Translations under genes and position numbers: made by a program | Notes under the pieces: generated by a model | Told to the model about the DNA's origin: nothing | Seen by the model: only the letters and a program-made list of their open reading frames with translations | Databases searched by the model: none | From: Nitrospiraceae bacterium | GTDB lineage: Bacteria; Nitrospirota; Nitrospiria; Nitrospirales; Nitrospiraceae | Assembly: GCA_919902505.1 (NCBI GenBank) | Contig: CAKKRE010000028.1 | Coordinates: 10,530 to 74,529 of the forward strand | Length of the DNA: 64,000 bases | Reading direction: 5' to 3' | In this document: piece after piece, positions 57,624 to 64,000 of the stretch | Position numbering within the stretch: the stretch's first letter is position 1 | Layout: the number at the start of each line of letters is the position of its first letter

Positions 57624-58343
57624 ATGATGACACGGATTGATGCACGAGATCGGTTGATTGTCGCGCTGGATGTTTCCTCCGCGGCGGACGCGGATGCGCT
57701 GGTGGCTCGCATGGGAGACCAGGTGCGATTTGTGAAAGTCGGCCTGGAGTTGTACACGGTGGCGGGGCCGGACATCGTCCGGAAGCTGGTGGACCGTGGA
57801 AAGCGGGTGTTCCTCGATCTCAAGTTCCTCGATATTGAAGAAACCGTCCGGCGTGCGACGGCCCGGGTCGCCGCGATGGGTGCCACCTTTCTGACCGTCC
57901 ATGCGAATCGAAAAGCGTTGATTGCGGCGGTGCAGGGACGGGGATCGTCCGATCTCAAACTGCTGGCGGTGACGGTGCTGACCAATTTCGACGGGGAAGA
58001 TTTACGGGAGATGGGCATTCAGCGAAGCGTCCAGGATTTGGTGACGGCGCGGGCCATGCTCGCGGCCGAAGTGGGCTGCGACGGCGTGGTGGCGTCGGGA
58101 GAGGAGCCGCAGGCGATTCGTGCCAAGGTGGGACCGAATCTGGTGATCGTGACCCCCGGGGTCAGGCCGGCGGGAAAAGGGACGGATGATCATGCGCGAG
58201 TGACGACACCGACCCAGACGATTGCAGCCGGGGCCGACTATCTGGTGATCGGTCGTCCTATTCGCGATGCTCAGGATCCTCCTGCCGCCACGGCGGCTAT
58301 CCTCGAAGAAATGCAAGCGGCCTTCGATTGCCGGGGGCGTTGA
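57624..58343 (+). CDS. pyrF: Orotidine-5'-phosphate decarboxylase
   Basis: LIVALD, KVGLEL, DLKFLDI, VTPGVR, VIGRPI. Confidence 0.96.
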   Translation: MMTRIDARDRLIVALDVSSAADADALVARMGDQVRFVKVGLELYTVAGPDIVRKLVDRGKRVFLDLKFLDIEETVRRATARVAAMGATFLTVHANRKALIAAVQGRGSSDLKLLAVTVLTNFDGEDLREMGIQRSVQDLVTARAMLAAEVGCDGVVASGEEPQAIRAKVGPNLVIVTPGVRPAGKGTDDHARVTTPTQTIAAGADYLVIGRPIRDAQDPPAATAAILEEMQAAFDCRGR

Positions 58344-58456
58344 CGGTCAAGTCCCAAGTTGATTTCGTCCATGCGACCGGGGATACAGAATGCGCCGCGA
58401 CTTCGCCCGGCCATTCTACGCAGCAAAAGCTGAGTCAGGGTGAGGTCTCGGGGCGG

Positions 58457-58486
58457 TTGCGACTGTTCTTCGGGGTTTGTTAAGAT
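58457..58486 (+). promoter_or_regulatory. Candidate sigma-70 promoter for tRNA-His
   Basis: TTGCGA-N18-TAAGAT with an extended TGn -10. Confidence 0.45.
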
Positions 58487-58510
58487 GCGCGTTCATCGTT
58501 GACCTTGTGT

Positions 58511-58588
58511 GGTGGGTGTAGCTCAGCTGGTTAGAGCGCCGGATTGTGGATCCGGAGGTCGCGGGTTCGAAACCCGTCACTCACCCCA
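58511..58588 (+). tRNA. tRNA-His(GTG)
   Basis: G-1, acceptor stem GTGGGTG/CACTCAC, anticodon arm CCGGA-TTGTGGA-TCCGG, TTCGA T-loop, C73 discriminator, encoded CCA. Confidence 0.97.
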
Positions 58589-58625
58589 ACGGTTGCGGAC
58601 ACGGATCACTCAAGCGGGTAGCCAA

Positions 58626-59000
58626 ATGACCGGTGGCAACAAACAGGTCGCTCCATTGGCCCCGCGCTCCTCGCCGGCCACGGTCGCCTCTACATTTCAG
58701 TTGCGCTCGTTTCGTCGTTTCCCCGTTCAGTGTTCTGTGTATTACTCCAGCGATGCGCTCCAGGGAACCGGCGTCGCCTGGAACCTCTCCCTCAATGGGT
58801 GGCGCGTTGACGGGACCCATCCGGTTGAGCCGGGTACGGTCGTCACCCTCTGCGTCTTTCTTCCCGATCAGCACCCCACCGTGTTTATAGACCGCGCAGT
58901 CGTGCGGTGGTCGCGTGGGCAGGAATTCGGGATTGAGGTGAATGAGATCAAGGCCGATGAGCATGCTCGCCTCGAACAGTTCGTCACGGCCTTAGTCTGA
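58626..59000 (+). CDS. PilZ-domain protein 1
   Basis: RSFRR (RxxxR) and NLSLNG (NxSxxG); WSRGQEFGIE. Confidence 0.88.
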   Translation: MTGGNKQVAPLAPRSSPATVASTFQLRSFRRFPVQCSVYYSSDALQGTGVAWNLSLNGWRVDGTHPVEPGTVVTLCVFLPDQHPTVFIDRAVVRWSRGQEFGIEVNEIKADEHARLEQFVTALV

Positions 59001-59163
59001 CCGCTGCCCTTCTCCATTTTTCTTTTTCCGATCTGTGAGATTGCGAAGCGGGACTGCCTGCCCTGACGAGAAACTGAATATTCTTGGCCATTCCCAGCGA
59101 GTTGAGTAGACTGAGTCGTCGCGAGGCTGAGACTGCATCGAGCGCTCTCCCTCGCCGGAAATC

Positions 59164-59508
59164 ATGGCTCAGTCACAGACATCTCGTTCCCATTCCCGTG
59201 TGCCCGTCAGCTGCTTCCTCTATTATCTTGGGGAGGGCCTGGTCGGAACCGGCAAGGTGTGCGATCTTTCGGTCAAGGGCTGGCGGATCGACGGGGATAA
59301 ACCGGTCACGGTCGGCATGAAACTCACGTTGCGCGTCTTTTTGCCTGACCAGCCGAAGGCGATTGATGTGGATGGGGTGACGGTTCAGTGGGTGCAAGAC
59401 CGTGTCTTTGGGCTTGAAACCGTCAGGATGAGCGCTACCGCCCAAGCACGCATTCACAAATTTGTGGAGTCAGTGCTCAAGGAGTCGGGATCTTCACGAG
59501 TTGCATGA
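59164..59508 (+). CDS. PilZ-domain protein 2
   Basis: RSHSR and DLSVKG; VQWVQDRVFGL. Confidence 0.9.
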   Translation: MAQSQTSRSHSRVPVSCFLYYLGEGLVGTGKVCDLSVKGWRIDGDKPVTVGMKLTLRVFLPDQPKAIDVDGVTVQWVQDRVFGLETVRMSATAQARIHKFVESVLKESGSSRVA

Positions 59509-59732
59509 TCCCGTGATCGTTCATCGATTATTCGACTCTCCGACCTAGTCTGGGTCCGGTTCGCAGCAGCCGCTCTCGTTTCCGTTCCCTCTTCCTGCCG
59601 GTTCGCCGGCGATACTACGCATCTCTCTGAGCAGGATACAGACGGCCGGGCCGGAGAGCCCCCACCTTTCGGGGACTATCAGGCTATTCGTTGTTTTTCA
59701 TATTCTGCCGAGGCGTTTGCTTGGAGGAATGG

Positions 59733-60098
59733 ATGGAACAACAGAATCGCCCGCGTTTTATCGTCGAGTGTACCGGATCACGTTCCGAAGATGGTTTGTT
59801 GGTGTGGAACGGCCGGATGCTCGATCTCTCGATTCCGGGATGGTCGCGGACTGGACTCAAAGGATTGCAAGCGGGAGACTTACTCCAACTGCATTTGCAT
59901 ATTCCGGGGCAGCCCAGGCCCCTCTCGGTGAGGCTGGCGACGATCCGCTGGGCCAGCGAGTCGAAGCTGGGGGTCGATCCCATTCTTATGGATGCCGATG
60001 ACCAACTCCGTTTGAACGACTTCGTCAGCGCCCATGACACCACTCCTCCGTTCAGTACGGATCGGAAAGAACAGATCGTCATTTCCGACGCCGGATAG
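59733..60098 (+). CDS. PilZ-like protein 3 (partly degenerate)
   Basis: GGAGG RBS; NRPRF (first Arg of RxxxR missing), DLSIPG, IRWASESKLGV. Confidence 0.75.
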   Translation: MEQQNRPRFIVECTGSRSEDGLLVWNGRMLDLSIPGWSRTGLKGLQAGDLLQLHLHIPGQPRPLSVRLATIRWASESKLGVDPILMDADDQLRLNDFVSAHDTTPPFSTDRKEQIVISDAG

Positions 60099-60255
60099 CC
60101 GATTCGAATGCTCCTCTGTTTGTCCTCGCTCTCCTTCCTTACCTGCCGGCTCGTGATTCTGCGTACATGCGCCTTGTGTCATCGAGGCCCGCCGCCTATC
60201 GGACTGCGGTGTTGGTGAAATGTGTGAGCGAGATGCGGAAGGTGTTCAAGTGGCG

Positions 60256-60271
60256 TGGCGGCAGGATTGCT
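60256..60271 (+). promoter_or_regulatory. Sigma-54 promoter candidate
   Basis: TGGCGGCAGGATTGCT, GG-N10-GC, about 127 bp before the glycosyltransferase; overlaps a TTGACA that has no clear -10. Confidence 0.45.
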
Positions 60272-60397
60272 TGACATCATCGAGCAAGATGGTGTCTCTT
60301 AGCGAAGACACATTGTCACACACACCAGCCTTTCGCCGGTCCAGTTCGGTCATGTCATAGATGGTTTGCCAGGGCGGAGGCGTGCGAGACTTGACGT

Positions 60398-61699
60398 ATG
60401 ACGCCTGGCCCCCAACTTCCCGATGCGACCCATACCACCCCGCTGACGCCTGAAACGGAGGCGCAGGTCGACCAATTCGCCCATACGGATATTTTGGTCG
60501 GGATTCCCAGCTTCAACAATGTCGAAACCATCGGGCATGTCGTCAAGGCGGTGAGCGCCGGCCTGGCCAAGTATTTTCCGGAAGCCCGCGCCGTATTGGT
60601 GAATTCGGACGGTGGCTCGACCGACGGGACGCAGCAGGTGGTTTCGCAGGCCGTCGTCGATCTCAAGACCCTCTTCATCGGCGATCAGCAGAGCTCGCTC
60701 CACAAGATCATCACGCCGTATCACGGCATTCCCGGTAAGGGGAGCGCCTTTCGCACGATTTTTGAAATTGCGCGTCGCTTGAAAGCCAAGGCCTGTGCCG
60801 TCGTGGACTCGGATCTGCGGAGCATCACTCCGGAATGGATCGAGTTGTTGGTGAGCCCGGTGTTCGAGCAGGGGTTCGACTACGTCGCGCCCTATTATCT
60901 GCGGCACAAGTATGACGGGACCATCACCAACAGCATCGTCTATCCGCTTACGCGAACCCTCTATGGGCACCGGATCAGACAGCCCATCGGCGGCGATTTC
61001 GGCTTTTCCGGCCAGTTGGCCCAGCACTATCTCGACAAGCATGTGTGGGAATCGGAAGTGGCTAAATTCGGCATCGACATCTGGATGACGACGGAAGCGA
61101 TCGCCAGCGGAGCGCGCGTCTGTCAAAGTTTTCTGGGCGCGAAGATCCACAACCCCAAAGATCCGGCGGCGGACCTGTCGGCGATGTTGGTACAGGTGCT
61201 GGGCGCCGTGTTCGCGTTGATGGAAGATCACTATGCGGTGTGGGGCAAGACGGATGGCTCGAATGCCGTGCCGTTGTTCGGCTTTCAATACGAGGTCGGG
61301 GTCGAGCCGGTCAACGTCAACGTCGATCGGATGATCGGCACCTTTCGGCAGGGCCTGAGCGATCTGGGGACGATCTGGGATCAGATTCTCGCCCCCGGCA
61401 CCAGACAGAGTCTGCGCCCGTTGGGGACCTGTTCAGCGCAAGATTTTCGCATTGCCGACAACCTGTGGGCACGGGTCGTGTATGACGCCGCCGTGGCCTA
61501 CCGCAATCGTGTGTTACCCCTCGATCATGTATTGAAGGCCTTCACTCCTTTATATCTGGGGCGAACCGCTTCGTTTGTGTTGGATACTCAGGGCCTCACA
61601 TCGAGCGAGGCCGAGGGCCGCATCGAAGCCTTGTGCCAGGCGTTTGAAAAGGATAAGTCTTATCTGGTGGCGCGCTGGAATGAGCCACATGCAGGGTAA
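60398..61699 (+). CDS. GT-A glycosyltransferase, glucosylglycerate/mannosylglycerate synthase-like
   Basis: GIPSFNN, NSDGGSTD, PGKGSA, VDSDLRS (DxD), RQPIGGDFG, FGIDIW. Confidence 0.8.
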   Translation: MTPGPQLPDATHTTPLTPETEAQVDQFAHTDILVGIPSFNNVETIGHVVKAVSAGLAKYFPEARAVLVNSDGGSTDGTQQVVSQAVVDLKTLFIGDQQSSLHKIITPYHGIPGKGSAFRTIFEIARRLKAKACAVVDSDLRSITPEWIELLVSPVFEQGFDYVAPYYLRHKYDGTITNSIVYPLTRTLYGHRIRQPIGGDFGFSGQLAQHYLDKHVWESEVAKFGIDIWMTTEAIASGARVCQSFLGAKIHNPKDPAADLSAMLVQVLGAVFALMEDHYAVWGKTDGSNAVPLFGFQYEVGVEPVNVNVDRMIGTFRQGLSDLGTIWDQILAPGTRQSLRPLGTCSAQDFRIADNLWARVVYDAAVAYRNRVLPLDHVLKAFTPLYLGRTASFVLDTQGLTSSEAEGRIEALCQAFEKDKSYLVARWNEPHAG

Positions 61700-61756
61700 T
61701 GCGCGCGACTCGATCCATCTGAAGGCAGGCTGCAGTAGAGGCCGGAGGAGGGAAGT

Positions 61757-62464
61757 ATGAAAGAATTTTTTGAGAAGGGGCTACTCGATCCCCTGGAGTT
61801 GATGGCGCGGCAGGTGCTTGCGGTGTTACCGAGCCTGTTGGCGATGTCGATCATTTTCTTCGCGGGATTGGTGGTCGCGTGGACCGCCAGTCAGACGCTG
61901 GAGCGGTTGCTGCGGGTGGTCGGGCTGGATCGATTGTTCGATCGACTGGGCGTGACGGGCGCATTGCTGCGCGGAGGGGTCAAAACCGATCCGTCACGTC
62001 TGGTGGGGCAAGCGGCCTATTGGCTGGTCATGATTTTCGCGACCGTCGCCGCCCTGGGTGCGCTCAATCTCCAGCCGATCAACGATTTCGCCAAGTCGTT
62101 CCTGGCGTATGTGCCGCATCTCGTGACGGCGGGTCTCATTCTCGTCGCCGGTTGGTTATTATCCAACTTTGTGTCCCAGGCGGTTCTGATCGCCGCCGTC
62201 AACGCAGGGTTGCCTCCGGCACGACTGGTGGCGACCTGCTCGCGATGGGGGATTCAACTGTTGGCGGTCGCCATGGCGCTCGAGCAACTCGGGATTGCCC
62301 AGAATATCGTGGTGGTGGGATTCGGCATTACACTCGGTGGGCTCGTCATGGCCGGGGCGATTGCATTCGGACTGGGCGCCAAGGATTTGGCGAAAGACTA
62401 TCTTGAGCGCGGGCTTTCGATCCGCACGCGGGACGGGACGCCCGATGACTTGCGCCATCTCTAG
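61757..62464 (+). CDS. MscS-associated TM-helix repeat (CmpX-like) membrane protein
   Basis: Two LPS/VPH-type TM hairpin repeats; AIAFGLGAKDLA. Confidence 0.8.
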   Translation: MKEFFEKGLLDPLELMARQVLAVLPSLLAMSIIFFAGLVVAWTASQTLERLLRVVGLDRLFDRLGVTGALLRGGVKTDPSRLVGQAAYWLVMIFATVAALGALNLQPINDFAKSFLAYVPHLVTAGLILVAGWLLSNFVSQAVLIAAVNAGLPPARLVATCSRWGIQLLAVAMALEQLGIAQNIVVVGFGITLGGLVMAGAIAFGLGAKDLAKDYLERGLSIRTRDGTPDDLRHL

Positions 62465-62540
62465 CAGGCTGCGGAAACACTCGATGGGTACGCAATAGAT
62501 TACGATCCACTCATGCGCCGTGTCGATTTGACAATGACCC

Positions 62541-62665
62541 GCAGGATGCGCAAAAAGGCCGTCCAGCAAGGCCGCAGCAAGCGACGAGGCGAATCGTACT
62601 CGCGCAGTACGGTGAGTCTCTGAGCGCCGCGAGAACGCCGCTGGCGGACTTTTCCCGCATCCTGC
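62541..62665. repeat. About 125-bp palindromic element, same family as 33228-33347
   Basis: Closing stem gcaggatgcgcaaaaag / cttttcccgcatcctgc; core hairpin cgtactcgcgcagtacg at 62595-62611; a similar end (ctagcaggctgcggaaa) at 62461. Confidence 0.8.
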
Positions 62666-62715
62666 TAAGGCAACCGCTGTTTCGACCCATAACACATAGA
62701 TGAGAAGGATATGGC

Positions 62716-62937
62716 GTGACCGATAAAATTTCAGACGTCGATGCTGAGGCCAAGGCGCGTCGCTGGCTGGGCGGCGAAGCGGCCGTGCCCCGTTACCCGC
62801 ACCGGCGCCAGAGCCCGTTCGTGTTCAACCGCTCGCTTGTGGGCCTTGTGGCGTTTGCGGCCGGACTGGGGTTTGCCGGTGGACTTCTGGCAGGTCTCCA
62901 GTGTCGGCGTCGTCCTCCTGTCTCTGCGAAGGAGTAA
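62716..62937 (+). CDS. Small single-TM hypothetical protein
   Basis: GTG start after AAGGA; one Gly/Ala-rich hydrophobic helix followed by a basic tail. Confidence 0.45.
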   Translation: MTDKISDVDAEAKARRWLGGEAAVPRYPHRRQSPFVFNRSLVGLVAFAAGLGFAGGLLAGLQCRRRPPVSAKE

Positions 62938-62998
62938 CCATGAGTCGACCATTGCAGCGTTGGTGCCGGGTGGTTCGGGAGTGCCGATCCGCTGATCG

Positions 62999-63829
62999 TC
63001 AAAGGGTCGGCAGCAGATCCATGAGGCTTCGGTTCCATCCGACAGGCCCCACCCCTTCGGCGCGGGTGAGGTGGGGACACTGCACGTCCGGATCGTAGGA
63101 ACCGTCCGGCTTCCGGACGAGGATGGGGTAGTTCACTGCTTCCAGCATGGGAAGGTCGTTCAGACTATCCCCGATGCCCACGGTGATCAGGGCGCGTCCT
63201 TCCTGCTGTGCGCGCCGCTCGTACCAGGCAATGAGTTGCCGGCTCGCAACCCCTTTATCGTTTTCTCCCATCAAATGATAGAACCGGCCTCCTCGGGTAC
63301 AGCGCAAGCCGCGTGTGGCCGCCGCTGCTGACAAGCGGTTCCAGACCATCCCATTCGATTCCACAACAACCGGCTCATCGTATTCCCGTTGGGTGGCCAG
63401 CAGAGTCTCCACAGGAGACAGCCCCGTGAGTTCTGACACCTCTTCGAGAGAGAGATCCCCGAACCCTCGCAATCGACAACCCAGATCCCGACCGATTTCT
63501 TTCAGCGCCGTCCGGAGCCGGACATAGGGGGTGCCGATTTCGACCACCTCGTAGTCCCCGCGGGGTGCGGCCTGCTCCAAAGGAAATGGGAAGTAGCCCT
63601 TGGGGATGAACAACGCCCCGCCGTTTTCGACGATAAAGGGATGGCGATTGTCCAGGCGAAGTCGCAGCGGCTCCATTTCCGATCGGGTCTTACTCGAGAC
63701 CAGGATCAGCGTTGCACCCAGGGTCTGAATGGCCGAGAGGGCGTCCGTGGCTGCCTCGTAGGAATAGGTGGTGGCGTCGAGCAGGGTTCCGTCGAGGTCC
63801 GTAAGGATGAGGATGTGGGCCTTGGTCAA
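62999..63829 (-). CDS. Mannosyl/glucosyl-3-phosphoglycerate phosphatase (HAD IIB, MpgP/YedP-like)
   Basis: TDLDGTLL, SSKTRSE, ENGG, REYDEP, GGRFYH, GDSLND; TTG start with AGGAGG. Confidence 0.9.
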   Translation of the reverse strand: MTKAHILILTDLDGTLLDATTYSYEAATDALSAIQTLGATLILVSSKTRSEMEPLRLRLDNRHPFIVENGGALFIPKGYFPFPLEQAAPRGDYEVVEIGTPYVRLRTALKEIGRDLGCRLRGFGDLSLEEVSELTGLSPVETLLATQREYDEPVVVESNGMVWNRLSAAAATRGLRCTRGGRFYHLMGENDKGVASRQLIAWYERRAQQEGRALITVGIGDSLNDLPMLEAVNYPILVRKPDGSYDPDVQCPHLTRAEGVGPVGWNRSLMDLLPTL

Positions 63830-63892
63830 GGAGTCCTCCTTGAGCACAGTATACGAACCCCCGGATAGGGATAACACATCATTTTCGGGCAG

Positions 63893-64000
63893 TCAGTGCT
63901 CCCGCCTGCCGACGGTGGCTACTTCCAGACTGTGTGTCAGAACCGGCACAGGAGAATCCCTCATCAAGATCGTGCCCAGTAATGCCGAAAAGGATAGACA
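63893..64000 (-). CDS. C-terminal end of an unidentified gene entering from the right
   Basis: Open frame CLSFSALLGTILMRDSPVPVLTHSLEVATVGRREH* ending 64 bp before the phosphatase start. Confidence 0.3.
   Translation of the reverse strand, partial: CLSFSALLGTILMRDSPVPVLTHSLEVATVGRREH

Noticed and set aside
58509-58625. N-terminal 39 codons of ORF 58509-59000
   Set aside because: They are the tRNA-His sequence; the PilZ gene starts at 58626
58511-60098. Genomic island integrated at tRNA-His
   Set aside because: No integrase and no duplicated tRNA 3' end in the window

Overview
High-GC chromosomal window whose gene set (Ehr/hyf-like complex, CO_dh-family oxidoreductase subunits, multiple PilZ proteins, cupredoxin-like exported protein) points to a Nitrospira-like bacterium; this taxonomy is inferred, not searched. 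No rRNA, CRISPR array, transposase or integrase was seen. Housekeeping genes include pyk, der, leuS-lptE-holA, rpsT, pyrF and tRNA-His. The most unusual region is about 13.0-23.7 kb. A sigma-54 promoter with a TGCA-N5-TGCA upstream site precedes two tiny paralogous Cys4 zinc-finger ORFs, an ABC protein with degenerate ATPase motifs, a short-loop histidine kinase and an AtoC/NtrC-type activator. A second sigma-54 promoter with two copies of the same site precedes two orphan CO_dh-family (ForD/PorD-like) paralogs, a TPR protein, an apparently catalytically dead KorA-like protein and a candidate blue-copper protein. A NiFe-less hydrogenase-4-like (Ehr) operon and a porin follow. Other notable items: a histidine-phosphatase/PfkA fusion with altered active-site residues, a barnase/barstar-like pair, a family of intergenic palindromic elements with a shared CGTACT..AGTACG core but different closing stems, a truncated and frameshifted ADH, and a glycosylglycerate-type osmolyte cluster. 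Where start codons differ from the ORF track, they were re-chosen by hand from RBS position and motif start.
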